A DNA stretch of 64,000 nucleotides from a virus. Taxonomy: Duplodnaviria > Caudoviricetes. Positions 42,200 through 52,079 of this stretch are shown one piece after another. Under the pieces are notes generated by a model. The model was not told where the DNA came from, searched no databases, and saw only the letters and a list, made by a program, of their open reading frames with translations. Location of the stretch: the IMG/VR virus record IMGVR_UViG_3300032295_002626, positions 4,837-68,836 of that record, one strand, 5' to 3'. The position numbers and the translations under genes were made by a program. Position 1 is the first letter of the stretch; the number at the start of each line of letters is the position of its first letter.

Positions 42200-42553
42200 A
42201 TGGCAGCGCCAAATATAGTTAATGTAACAACAATCACTGGGAAGACAGCCGTTCTTGCTGTCACAACTACAGCTACAGCAATTGTTACCAATTCAGGAAG
42301 TAGCGGTAAGGTTTTTAAAATTAATGCTTTATACATATCAAATATTGACGGGGTAAATGCAGCCGATGTCAATGTTGATCTTTTTAGATCGTCTGTCGCC
42401 TATAGGATTGCACAAACAATTTCTGTTCCAGCAGATGCGACTTTGGACATTATCTCAAAGTCTATTTATCTGGAAGAAGGTGATGCCTTACGCATTACAG
42501 CAAGTGCTAACTCAGATCTTGAGGCTGTTTGTAGTTACGAGGAAATATCGTAA
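42200..42553 (+). CDS. Small conserved virion/fibre-associated protein
   Basis: MAAPNIVNVTTITGKT; GGAGG SD. Confidence 0.7.
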   Translation: MAAPNIVNVTTITGKTAVLAVTTTATAIVTNSGSSGKVFKINALYISNIDGVNAADVNVDLFRSSVAYRIAQTISVPADATLDIISKSIYLEEGDALRITASANSDLEAVCSYEEIS

Positions 42554-42555
42554 CT

Positions 42556-43359
42556 ATGAGAATTAATGGTGGAAGAATTGGCTCACGCAACTCCACAACT
42601 GGTACAGTAGCATCAGGGTTATGGTCTCTTACCGATCAACAGCAAGAAACAGGTACATCTTTTACATGGGTTAAGAGCATAGTTAGAAGCGGACTAGTTC
42701 TTCATTTAGATGCATCAGATACAGCAAGTTATCCACGCAGTGGGACTGTCTGGTATGACTTAAGCGGGAACGGTAATAATTTTAACATCTCATCTAGCGC
42801 ATGGTTTGCTGGTGGTGTGCGTTCATACATGAATTTTCGTGGGCTATATGGATGTGCAAAAAACTCAGCAGATATAAGTCTTTCAGGAGATGTGACATAT
42901 TTAGCCGCTACGAGGATTTTAAATAGCGCTGCTGACTGGAGAACCCTAACTCGTGGATATGCTGGAGATCACCAAGTGATTGTTGAATCAGGTGGATGGG
43001 GTATTGGGATGTTTGATAATGATGGTGCTTCGTTTTTAAACACAACTTATTCTCAACAATCATTACCAGGAGTTTCAATAAATGCTTTTAATATTATGTG
43101 CTGGAGATGGACAAATGCTGACAACCCAACTTATGACTTTAATGTAAACAATGTACAACGAGGAACCATCACCAATGCAGGCGCTAGGTACACACGAGGT
43201 TTCGGTTCGCTTGGAAATTATCATGCTGGTAGCGCAGACCCAGCAGTGGGAAGTCAATACTGGGGAGATATTGCTGTATTTGCAGCGTACAACAGAAGAC
43301 TTTCTGACGCAGAGGTAGCAGAAAACTTTAATGCCCTAAGAGGTAGGTTTGAACTATGA
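42556..43359 (+). CDS. LamG/concanavalin-A-like lectin domain protein
   Basis: GLVLHLDASD..SYP.SG.VWYDLSGNGN; YNRRLSDAEV..NFNA. Confidence 0.75.
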   Translation: MRINGGRIGSRNSTTGTVASGLWSLTDQQQETGTSFTWVKSIVRSGLVLHLDASDTASYPRSGTVWYDLSGNGNNFNISSSAWFAGGVRSYMNFRGLYGCAKNSADISLSGDVTYLAATRILNSAADWRTLTRGYAGDHQVIVESGGWGIGMFDNDGASFLNTTYSQQSLPGVSINAFNIMCWRWTNADNPTYDFNVNNVQRGTITNAGARYTRGFGSLGNYHAGSADPAVGSQYWGDIAVFAAYNRRLSDAEVAENFNALRGRFEL

Positions 43360-44198
43360 GTGGTTCTGGTGGTTTCATTGGTCCAAAAAAAAATTCTTCA
43401 TTTACTACAGAATCTGGTAAGTGGACAATTCGTGAAAGATTTATGCAAAATACAAAAACAGGGCTGACAGCTCTTGATGCTGCCCCAAGCGCCGTTTATC
43501 TAAGAGATGTTCTTGGAGTTACAACAAGTGGTGATTATTGGATCAAACCATCTGGCTATAGCGGTGCTGCGGTTCGTTTATGGTGTGATATGACAAGGCT
43601 TGGTGGTGGTTGGGTACTGATTGGTAAAGGGAGGCAGTCATCAGATAACAGTAGTGGATGGTTCGGCACAGAAAATGAGCTATCTATTTCTGAACTTCAG
43701 TCAGTCTATGCTTTTAATGCGGGTATAAGCAAAGTGAGCGGTTCATTTGTTAATTATTTAATGAATGGAACAGCAAGTGGTTGGCAAAATGGAAACGCAA
43801 ACAATTATTTGGTTGCAAATAGAATTAACAATGCTTTTGATGGGTATTCTGGAATTGGAGATAGCGCTACTATTAAAGTTACAAATGAAACAACTTTTAA
43901 ATGGGTTAATCAGATAGGCACTACTCCAACTGATAGTGGAACAAACAGTGGAACTGGTAATATGACAGCTTACACAAGCACATGGGCAGGAGGTAGCGCA
44001 AGATCTGGTGCTATATCTAGTGCTTCGTTTAGAGACAATGATTTTGGTTCTGGTAATGGTACTGGGCGCTGGTTTACTTGGCATTGGAGCGGTCATGGCG
44101 CTTTTCATGGCTGGTCTTCTGGCTCAACAGAAACTCGTGGTTTTGTAAATAGCACTGAAGCTCATGCCATTCAGTTTGTTCAATTATGGGCAAGATAA
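43356..44198 (+). CDS. Fibrinogen-like domain protein (putative adhesin)
   Basis: SGDYWIKP...LWCDMT..GGGWVLI. Confidence 0.7.
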   Translation: MSGSGGFIGPKKNSSFTTESGKWTIRERFMQNTKTGLTALDAAPSAVYLRDVLGVTTSGDYWIKPSGYSGAAVRLWCDMTRLGGGWVLIGKGRQSSDNSSGWFGTENELSISELQSVYAFNAGISKVSGSFVNYLMNGTASGWQNGNANNYLVANRINNAFDGYSGIGDSATIKVTNETTFKWVNQIGTTPTDSGTNSGTGNMTAYTSTWAGGSARSGAISSASFRDNDFGSGNGTGRWFTWHWSGHGAFHGWSSGSTETRGFVNSTEAHAIQFVQLWAR

Positions 44199-44207
44199 AT
44201 ACAAGAC

Positions 44208-44236
44208 TTGACAATCAATAATATTTAAGGTAATAT
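44208..44236 (+). promoter_or_regulatory. Sigma70-type promoter, probably giving a leaderless mRNA
   Basis: TTGACA-N17-TAATAT; ATG 44243 starts 7 nt after the -10 box, no SD. Confidence 0.7.
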
Positions 44237-44242
44237 TTTTCT

Positions 44243-45049
44243 ATGCCTGTACAAGAACAACCAATAAACATAACAATACCTAAAGAGAAACTCCAAGAAT
44301 GGAACGTATTCTTTGCCCTTCCATGTTACGATTCACATGTAACAGAGCCATTTATGATGAGCTTTTTGCAAGCTTGTCTTTTCTTTAAGGAAATAGGTTT
44401 AAAGTACTCAGTTTGTACAATCTCTGATTCTTTAATTAATCGCGCAAGAAACAACCTTGTTGCCAAGTTTATGGGCAATCCTGACTTTACGCATATGGTA
44501 TTCATCGACGTAGATCTTCAGTTTGATAAAGAAGCTATTTTAAAACTTCTTTGGCACGAAAAAGACGTTATGACCGCATCGTATCCAATTAAGGAAATTA
44601 ATTGGGACAAGGTAAAAGAAGGTGCTATGGGGGATGTTGCAGCTCCTGACCTCATGGAATATGCAACTAGATATGTTGTGCACATGACCAAGCCTGGTGA
44701 AACGCAATTAAACATTGACAATGGCGCAGTAGAATGCTATGAGGCTGGAACTGGATTTATGCTGATCAAGCGTCAAGTGTTTGATAAGATGTTCAAGAAG
44801 TATAAGAAGTTAAAATACAAAGATGACACTGGTGCATTAAGTGGATCAGAAATAGATAATGCTTATGCTTTATTTAATTCTTATGTTGATGATGATGGAA
44901 GATTCTTGTCAGAAGACTATGGCTTCTGTAGATACTGGCAAAAGATGGGTGGAAAGATTTGGGTTGATCCAACTATTAATTTGACCCATTTTGGGCGTAT
45001 CAAATATACGGGAAAAATGTTAGAATTTCTTAAGAGAATAACACAATAA
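44243..45049 (+). CDS. GT-A fold glycosyltransferase
   Basis: FALPCY, SLINRARN, VFIDVD, FLSEDYGFC. Confidence 0.85.
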   Translation: MPVQEQPINITIPKEKLQEWNVFFALPCYDSHVTEPFMMSFLQACLFFKEIGLKYSVCTISDSLINRARNNLVAKFMGNPDFTHMVFIDVDLQFDKEAILKLLWHEKDVMTASYPIKEINWDKVKEGAMGDVAAPDLMEYATRYVVHMTKPGETQLNIDNGAVECYEAGTGFMLIKRQVFDKMFKKYKKLKYKDDTGALSGSEIDNAYALFNSYVDDDGRFLSEDYGFCRYWQKMGGKIWVDPTINLTHFGRIKYTGKMLEFLKRITQ

Positions 45050-45128
45050 AATTCCTATAATCTTATTACTATAAAACTAGTTTTCCGCTAGTACTATAGA
45101 ATAAGATGTCGATTTACATAGGAGTACC

Positions 45129-47147
45129 ATGGCCCGTTTAAGAACAGAAACCGCACCAGAAATAACAGTAAATGATGAGTCTGTTGTTTTTAAAGCAGCA
45201 ACTGGAGCAACCGCACCATTAGTTGAATTTAAGAATTCAAGTGGTACAGTAGTTGGAAATATAGCAGCAAACGGAGTGTTAAATGTTACCTCCGTAATTG
45301 CCTCGAATGCCGGAACTAGTTCAACAGCACTTGCCACAAGAGAATACGTAGATGCTTTGTTTGCAGGAGTGAACTGGCATGATCCAGTTGCTTTAGCTAC
45401 AACAGCTGCTCTACCAACATGCACCTACGACAATGGAGCATCTGGCGTTGGGGCAACACTAACTGCAACAGCAAACAGTGCACTAACTATTGATACTGGT
45501 ACTGTTCTAGTTGGTGATTCTGTTTTAGTAAAGAATCAAGCCACTGCAACGCAAAATGGAATATATTCAGTAACCGCCACTGGTTCAGCTGGCGCAGTAT
45601 GGGTTCTCACTAGAAGAACTGATTCTGATAATAATCCAGGTTCAGAAGTACAAGAAGGCGACGCCATATTTGTTATTGGTGGATCAGTAAATATTAACTG
45701 TGGATTTATTCTTTCGGGAACAGCAAGTGGATCAAATGATACAATCGTTTTTGGAACAGATAACTTAGTCTATTCACAATTTACTGGAACAGGTTCGTTT
45801 ACAGCAGGTGATGGTTTAGTAATATCAAACAGTTCTGTGAACATTGTTACCGCAAACTCAGCAAGAATAGTAGTTAATGCCGATAGTATTGATTTGGCCA
45901 ATGTGTCACAAACAAATACCAATACAGGAACATCTACAACTTTTGTCGTTGATCTTCAAGTAGATGCTTATGGAAGAGTAACTGGAACAAACAAATCAGA
46001 TGTTTCTTTTACTGGCTATGCAACTTTGGCAAACCCAACTTTTACTGGTGCTCCGTTAGCTCCGACAGCAAATGTCAGCACAAATAATACCCAAATAGCT
46101 ACAACAGCATTTGTCATTGCAGAGATTGCAGACGAAGCTATTCTTAAGACATTGGCCAATGCAAAAGGCGATATATTTACAGCTTCAGCAGATAATAGCC
46201 CAGCAGTTTTAGGAGTTGGAACAGATGGCCAAAGACTTGCAGCAAATTCAAGTGCAACAAGTGGACTTTCTTGGGTAGCACACGATCTAGACAGCCTTAG
46301 TGACGTAGTTATATCTACACCTGCAAATAATCAATTCTTAAAATATAACGGTTCAGCTTGGGTTAACGCAGTTAGCACAGAAATTCAAAATATTACTGAC
46401 CTTGCAGATGTAACAATAACATCTGCTGCGAATAATCAGTTTATAAGATACAATGGTTCAGCTTGGGTTAACTCATCTGTAGCAGAGATTGTAAATATCA
46501 ACGATCTTCTAGATGTAACTTTAAGCTCAGCAGTTGCAAACCAAGTTCTTCTCTATAACGGTTCAGCTTGGGTTAACACATCTAATCCAACTATAGCTGG
46601 TAACTTAACTGTTTCTGGTAACTTAACAGTTACTGGAACAAATACAGTAATTAATACCACAGAATTACACGTTGCAGATAACGTTATCATCTTGAACAAT
46701 GACGTCACAGGAACACCTAGTGAAAACGGTGGTCTTGAAATTGAGCGTGGAACTTCAACCAATGTTGTGTTCAGATGGAATGAAACGTCAGATCGTTGGG
46801 AATTCACCAATGACGGAACATATTATCAGACCGTTTACATGGACACAGTAACCAATGCTCAGACTGCAGCTTATACTTTAGCTTTGGCAGATAATGGTAA
46901 GATGGTAGAAATGAACGTTGCCTCAGGAAACGCTCTAACAGTTCCATCCAATGCAAACGTAGCCTTCCCAGTTGGAACAACCCTAACTATTCTTCAGACT
47001 GGTGCTGGACAAACTACTCTTACACCTCAATCTGGAGTTACAATCAACGCAACCCCTGGCCTCAAGTTGCGCACACAGTGGGCATCTGCTACACTTATAA
47101 AGAGAGCATCAGATACATGGGTAGCACTAGGAGATTTGGCGGCATAA
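45129..47147 (+). CDS. Fibre protein; C-terminal domain paralogous to that of 32351-34909
   Basis: Ends [31 protein letters not shown]. Confidence 0.8.
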   Translation: MARLRTETAPEITVNDESVVFKAATGATAPLVEFKNSSGTVVGNIAANGVLNVTSVIASNAGTSSTALATREYVDALFAGVNWHDPVALATTAALPTCTYDNGASGVGATLTATANSALTIDTGTVLVGDSVLVKNQATATQNGIYSVTATGSAGAVWVLTRRTDSDNNPGSEVQEGDAIFVIGGSVNINCGFILSGTASGSNDTIVFGTDNLVYSQFTGTGSFTAGDGLVISNSSVNIVTANSARIVVNADSIDLANVSQTNTNTGTSTTFVVDLQVDAYGRVTGTNKSDVSFTGYATLANPTFTGAPLAPTANVSTNNTQIATTAFVIAEIADEAILKTLANAKGDIFTASADNSPAVLGVGTDGQRLAANSSATSGLSWVAHDLDSLSDVVISTPANNQFLKYNGSAWVNAVSTEIQNITDLADVTITSAANNQFIRYNGSAWVNSSVAEIVNINDLLDVTLSSAVANQVLLYNGSAWVNTSNPTIAGNLTVSGNLTVTGTNTVINTTELHVADNVIILNNDVTGTPSENGGLEIERGTSTNVVFRWNETSDRWEFTNDGTYYQTVYMDTVTNAQTAAYTLALADNGKMVEMNVASGNALTVPSNANVAFPVGTTLTILQTGAGQTTLTPQSGVTINATPGLKLRTQWASATLIKRASDTWVALGDLAA

Positions 47148-47148
47148 T

Positions 47149-47565
47149 ATGGCAGCAGAGAGCGGAAAAAGAGAAAAAAGAAAAGCAGCTAAACCTACCC
47201 TCGCACAGGGTACGGCACCCGCAACAGCAAATAGCACTATAACTAATGCGGGTTTTACGGTTGGTTCAGTCACAACAACTGCAACAACTAACCCAGCGTT
47301 GAATAATGTTGTATTACCAGCCATTACAGACACAACGGTAACTCCATTAGGAACCGCAATTAACTATGCAGTAGGCGCATTTTCACCTCCAGCATTCTTC
47401 TCTCCACCAGCGTTCTTCTCGCCTCCAGCGTTCTTTTCGCCTCCAGCGTTCTTTTCGCCTCCGGGATTCTTTGGTCCTCCGGGATTCTTTTCTCCTCCGG
47501 GATTCTTTGCCCCTCCAGGATTCTTTGGTCCTCCAGGGTTCTTTGCTCCTCCAGCGTTTAAATAA
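47149..47565 (+). CDS. PASTA-like domain + (FF[S/G/A]PP[A/G])9 protein
   Basis: A...I.NAGFTVG.V...V pattern resembles PASTA; hexapeptide array ends in FK. Confidence 0.85.
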   Translation: MAAESGKREKRKAAKPTLAQGTAPATANSTITNAGFTVGSVTTTATTNPALNNVVLPAITDTTVTPLGTAINYAVGAFSPPAFFSPPAFFSPPAFFSPPAFFSPPGFFGPPGFFSPPGFFAPPGFFGPPGFFAPPAFK

Positions 47566-47567
47566 TT

Positions 47568-48209
47568 CTAAAAAGAATTAACAGCGTAAAAGGCTGGAAT
47601 AACCCATCTAACTCCAGATAGAACTGGGGTTACTCCATGTATGTAATTTACATCTCCTGGATGTGAAACAGCCATACCAGCCACTGGCTTTATCTTTAAA
47701 GAGTGTTGTGTATAAAAAAGCTCGCCACCAAGATAATCATCATTAATATAAAATAATGAATTGATATCATAATCAGGAAAAGCGTTAGGTCTTCCGTCCT
47801 GCAATTGCTTGTCCGCATGAGCTATTTGAAAATCACCAGGTCTCCAGCACACTATTACAGGTGCTCTCTTTTCAACAATGCAATTATAATTTTTATTTAT
47901 ATTTGCGGTCATTTTATCAATATAAAAGTCAATTAGATCATATATATCTCTATCTAATCTTTTTACAATATAAGAACTACAAGTTCTATTTAACCAAACA
48001 TCGGCACCATATTTTATGGTACCATCTTCATGGTATTCGCTTTCTCTTGAATTGTCCCATTCATCTATTTTGGATACGAAGTTTTGCAACTCGAGTAGAT
48101 CAGTCTTATCAATAAAATTTTCTATAATTTTAATATTATCGGTAGAATCTCCAAATGTTCCAGGTAAAACTTTCCAAGGTTTTTCTTCTGTTATTTCTTC
48201 GTTGAACAT
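47568..48209 (-). CDS. 2OG-Fe(II) oxygenase (prolyl 4-hydroxylase-like)
   Basis: AHAD, YINDDYLGGEL, IHGVTPVLSGVRW. Confidence 0.88.
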   Translation of the reverse strand: MFNEEITEEKPWKVLPGTFGDSTDNIKIIENFIDKTDLLELQNFVSKIDEWDNSRESEYHEDGTIKYGADVWLNRTCSSYIVKRLDRDIYDLIDFYIDKMTANINKNYNCIVEKRAPVIVCWRPGDFQIAHADKQLQDGRPNAFPDYDINSLFYINDDYLGGELFYTQHSLKIKPVAGMAVSHPGDVNYIHGVTPVLSGVRWVIPAFYAVNSF

Positions 48210-48285
48210 ATTTAACCCTCCGCAAATTGTGGTATACTGGATTCCGCTTTAAAGTATATCACACATCTATTGGAGATAAGTAATT

Positions 48286-49035
48286 ATGAACCCACAATAT
48301 GTTTTTGATCCAAGATTAGGAATTATTATATATAGAGGTGTCATTAAAGACACAGAAAGCATAATCAGTAAGCTTGAGTCTGGATTAGCAAAATCTAATC
48401 ATGATATATTTAAATGGGACTTAGGAACAACTGGAGATCTAAGAAAAGACAAAGGCTATAGAAATTGTAGTGATTTTAAAATTCATCCAGATAATACAGT
48501 TTGGGAGAATTTTCCAGAAGTTTCTGAAATTAAAGAAGCATGTGAAGCAGTAAAATCCCCTTTACTTGAGTGTCTATATGATTATGAAGTTAGACATGGA
48601 ATAAAGATGGATTTTATGGAAAGTTTTAATTTTGTTAAATACATTCCAGGTGAACACTTTTCCGCGCACGCAGATCATGGATATACTTATAACTGCACAG
48701 TTTCATCTGTGGCATATCTTAATGATGATTACGAAGGTGGAGAACTGGTTTTTGATGTTCTTAAATTGAAGATAAAACCAAAAGTTGGAGATATAATACT
48801 ATTTCCATCGACATACATCTATGCCCACAGTTCTATTCCAGTTATATCTGGAACAAAATATGCAGTTGTGACGATGTTTGACTATAATGAAAGAACTCAT
48901 AAAGGCTTTCAGTATGGGCACAATTTAGACGGATCACCAGCTGACCCTAATGCAGGAAAAGCTCCAAGATTCCCTGGTAGAATGCCTAGCCCAATAAGGC
49001 AGTTAGATCAAGATTATTTATTCTCAGGTATTTAA
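48286..49035 (+). CDS. 2OG-Fe(II) oxygenase (prolyl 4-hydroxylase-like)
   Basis: AHAD, YLNDDYEGGELVF, AHSSIPVISGTKY. Confidence 0.88.
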   Translation: MNPQYVFDPRLGIIIYRGVIKDTESIISKLESGLAKSNHDIFKWDLGTTGDLRKDKGYRNCSDFKIHPDNTVWENFPEVSEIKEACEAVKSPLLECLYDYEVRHGIKMDFMESFNFVKYIPGEHFSAHADHGYTYNCTVSSVAYLNDDYEGGELVFDVLKLKIKPKVGDIILFPSTYIYAHSSIPVISGTKYAVVTMFDYNERTHKGFQYGHNLDGSPADPNAGKAPRFPGRMPSPIRQLDQDYLFSGI

Positions 49036-49773
49036 ATGACAAAAGTAACACTTTCAAGAACTCATAATAATTCAGTTGAAATAAGACAATCTCGACTTAA
49101 AAGAGATTGGATGGATCAAACCCACAACAAGCATGCGTATCAATGCACGCCAGTTACTACAGCAAATGTTAGTGGATGGGAAATGATTCTTCCCGAAGAA
49201 CTAGTTGTAATTTGGGATGGTGGACCTAGTCCAGCAAGAATAGTTAGCGGTGGCGTCCACAATGGATTCCATTTTGCTCATTCAAACATTCACGGAATGA
49301 TATCAATTGCAACTGGTTGGGCTATAAATACTGAAGAAGGTTATAGTTTATGGACAACTGGTTCGCCAAATTATTATGTTGATGGAGCATCGCCTATGAC
49401 AGCAAGTATTCCAAGTAGCTGGTGGCCAGACGAAGTACAAACAAACTGGGTAATTCATAAGGTTAATGAACCAGTTGTATTCCCTAAGGGAAGTCCATTT
49501 TTATTTTTTACTATTTATCCAACAGATCTACTTCCAAGTGTAGAATTCGAAGTACTCAATAGATGGGAAGATAGAGAGCTTGAAGAATCAAGAAGAAAAT
49601 ATAATGAGTTAAAAATGAAAAACTCACAGGAAAAACCATGGACATGGGTAAAGGGAATAAAAACTGGTCTAGACGCAGATGGAAAAAAAATAGGCCCAGG
49701 CACCAAGGGTATGTTGAAGTTAGCTGAATTAGATGATACGGCAGGAGAAAACGATTATGATGAATTACAATGA
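49036..49773 (+). CDS. DUF6065-like protein
   Basis: KRDWMD...HAY.C.P.T.AN..GW pattern. Confidence 0.6.
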   Translation: MTKVTLSRTHNNSVEIRQSRLKRDWMDQTHNKHAYQCTPVTTANVSGWEMILPEELVVIWDGGPSPARIVSGGVHNGFHFAHSNIHGMISIATGWAINTEEGYSLWTTGSPNYYVDGASPMTASIPSSWWPDEVQTNWVIHKVNEPVVFPKGSPFLFFTIYPTDLLPSVEFEVLNRWEDRELEESRRKYNELKMKNSQEKPWTWVKGIKTGLDADGKKIGPGTKGMLKLAELDDTAGENDYDELQ

Positions 49774-50647
49774 CGTAAAAGGAAAGCATCTTGGTGGCGG
49801 AGTTGTCCTTTTCGAAAATGCTGCACAGATAGACTGGGATTGGATGTACAACTTCTGCGAAAGAAGTATAGAAAAAGAGAAGGCAGAAATGTACAGTCTC
49901 GCTATACATCCTAATACTGGAGAAGAAGTTTATGTAAATAATAGCGGTTATTACTTTCCTATTGAAACAATAGAACAAATGCCGTATAGGGCTACAAGAA
50001 TTCATAGGGATCAAGAGCTTCAGGCAATGAAAACCCTAGCTTTTATTGATGAAGTAAAATATAAATGTTTGTTAAAATATATAGAAATGTTTCCCTTGGT
50101 TTACAAGTGTGTTTGGTGGCAAAGTAGGGGTCACATAACTCAATATAAATCAGATGTTTACATGGGCCCTCACGCAGACATACAAACAGATTATATGTAT
50201 GGTGTTCCCCATCCAACTCAGCAACTAGCAATGAAGAATGTAGTTGGTACAATATTTTATATTAACGATAGTGTTGAATCTGATGATGAACTTAATGGTA
50301 AAAATTTTACGGCTGGTTCACATTACTTTCCTTATTTGGATATAGAATACTTTCCTAAAAGAGGAGACATATTAATGTTTCCAAGTGACTACATGGCTGC
50401 TCATCAAATAAAGCCAACAGGTGACGGTGTAAGATATGCATATCTTGGGTGGTATTGTCACGGAAGCCCGAATGAGGCTTTGGGTGAAAATGTTCTTGAT
50501 CCATTGAAAGATCCTGCTAATGCAATTAATACAGTAAATGTTTATCTTCCTTTTCTTAGACAAGATTATCTAAATCATCTTGAAGGTAAAGGATACAAAG
50601 AAGATTCACTGCAATACATTGTGGCTTTAAATATGGAACAATATTAA
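49757..50647 (+). CDS. 2OG-Fe(II) oxygenase
   Basis: PHAD, FYIND, AHQIKP..DGVRY. Confidence 0.85.
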   Translation: MMNYNDVKGKHLGGGVVLFENAAQIDWDWMYNFCERSIEKEKAEMYSLAIHPNTGEEVYVNNSGYYFPIETIEQMPYRATRIHRDQELQAMKTLAFIDEVKYKCLLKYIEMFPLVYKCVWWQSRGHITQYKSDVYMGPHADIQTDYMYGVPHPTQQLAMKNVVGTIFYINDSVESDDELNGKNFTAGSHYFPYLDIEYFPKRGDILMFPSDYMAAHQIKPTGDGVRYAYLGWYCHGSPNEALGENVLDPLKDPANAINTVNVYLPFLRQDYLNHLEGKGYKEDSLQYIVALNMEQY

Positions 50648-50649
50648 TA

Positions 50650-50871
50650 ATGAATATTTCTCAAGAAGAAATTAGTTTAATTAAAGAAAAAACTTCTTTA
50701 TACTTAACTAAGTCTATTTATAAATTGTCCTACATCTTGGGTATGGACCCAGAGCAGGTAATGAATGCAGATTCTTTAAATGATTTAATAGACGATAATG
50801 CATCCCCAATGCAAAAAGATGCGATTACCTCACTATACAATCAAGCCACTGCATTAAAAAAACTCAGTTAA
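50650..50871 (+). CDS. Cassette protein A1 (paralog of 57036)
   Basis: YLTKSIYKLSYILGMD vs YLSKSIATLSAILGLD. Confidence 0.75.
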   Translation: MNISQEEISLIKEKTSLYLTKSIYKLSYILGMDPEQVMNADSLNDLIDDNASPMQKDAITSLYNQATALKKLS

Positions 50872-50872
50872 T

Positions 50873-51079
50873 ATGGAACCAAAAGAAATCAGCGAAGAAC
50901 TTATTCATGAGTTTACAGAAAAGATGGATGACGTAGTACCTACGTATTCTGATGAAGACGAAAATATTGTAATGGAAAATGGCGGAACTACAAGGGAATA
51001 TGTTTTAACAAACGACTTTGCTGAAATGAATAGATATATAATTCTTCCTTTATCTCCAAGCATAGAAGATTTAACATGA
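50873..51079 (+). CDS. Cassette peptide B1 (acidic, 68 aa)
   Basis: ORF coupled on both sides. Confidence 0.7.
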   Translation: MEPKEISEELIHEFTEKMDDVVPTYSDEDENIVMENGGTTREYVLTNDFAEMNRYIILPLSPSIEDLT

Positions 51080-51360
51080 GCTATAATGCAATTGAAGACT
51101 TAAAATATATAGATAGACAAATCAGTTTCTATTTATACTGCATCGGCTTGGATGGCTCTAATGCAGATGTTTATACTATAGATGAAATCATAACAGCAAC
51201 TAGATCTATAACCATAGCTCCGATAGATGATGTTGAATCTGGTAAGTTAAATTTAGGTCAAGATCCTTCTTACTTGTATTTAAAGAATCAAAGAATTTCC
51301 CTAATAGGAAACATAAGAAGATTATGGCATATGCGTCAAATTGCAATTGGGGCAATTTAA
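51076..51360 (+). CDS. Cassette protein C1 (paralog of 57431)
   Basis: IGLD...TIDEII...GNIRRLW vs LGID...TIDDLI...RGVRRAW. Confidence 0.75.
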   Translation: MSYNAIEDLKYIDRQISFYLYCIGLDGSNADVYTIDEIITATRSITIAPIDDVESGKLNLGQDPSYLYLKNQRISLIGNIRRLWHMRQIAIGAI

Positions 51361-51361
51361 T

Positions 51362-52066
51362 ATGATGTATGAAAAAGATTATTTTGACAATTTAGCAAGA
51401 TTAATTAAGTATACAGACGTAGAATCCATTGAAGAGTCGATACAAAAAAGTAAAGATGTTAAATCATATTTAGATACATTGTCTCTTGATAAGAGAAAAA
51501 TTGCAGCCGGTATGGATTTTCTAATTTGGTATTTTGATGTATTTAGTCAAGAAAGTCATTTTTGGAATACTAATCAAGCTTATTATTACGCTGCAAATAC
51601 TCATGAGTTTGGTTTCCTAACGGCTAACCCTAAGACCTCTCTTATGACGCTACCTGCGTTCAACACAGGGCTTGTCAGACTAATGCAAAAAAGATCAGAA
51701 TTAACTCTGTTGAATAATTATCAGTTAAATTTATTTGAAAGAATAATAAAAAAAGATAATGAAAACTGGAATTACAATACAATTCTAATGCAAGACGTAG
51801 AATCTGGAACCGGTGGAAAATACGACTTTATATGTATGAGCATACACGACGTATTACACGATCCTGAGGTAGTCATTAAGTTTTACAATATGTTAAATAA
51901 AAACGGAACAATAATGATGCTATATACGGGTACCGATTCCCTGTATAAAGACGAGTCTGTTTTTACCGATTTTCACGAAGTACACGAATGCCTTAAGAAT
52001 ATAGAGGATTCCTGCGTGTATCATAATCCAACAGGTGCCGCTGTTACATATGCGGTAAAATTGTAG
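51362..52066 (+). CDS. Cassette protein D1, methyltransferase-like
   Basis: YDFICM...FYNMLNKNGTIMM resembles the class I MTase core; paralog of 57699. Confidence 0.55.
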   Translation: MMYEKDYFDNLARLIKYTDVESIEESIQKSKDVKSYLDTLSLDKRKIAAGMDFLIWYFDVFSQESHFWNTNQAYYYAANTHEFGFLTANPKTSLMTLPAFNTGLVRLMQKRSELTLLNNYQLNLFERIIKKDNENWNYNTILMQDVESGTGGKYDFICMSIHDVLHDPEVVIKFYNMLNKNGTIMMLYTGTDSLYKDESVFTDFHEVHECLKNIEDSCVYHNPTGAAVTYAVKL

Positions 52067-52079
52067 TACTATATATAAC

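Noticed and set aside
47149-47565. Classical RiPP precursor with repeated cores
   Set aside because: No leader peptidase or exporter is seen, and the gene is fused to a PASTA-like domain and coupled to a fibre gene, so a structural role is more parsimonious. It is kept only as a modification-substrate hypothesis.
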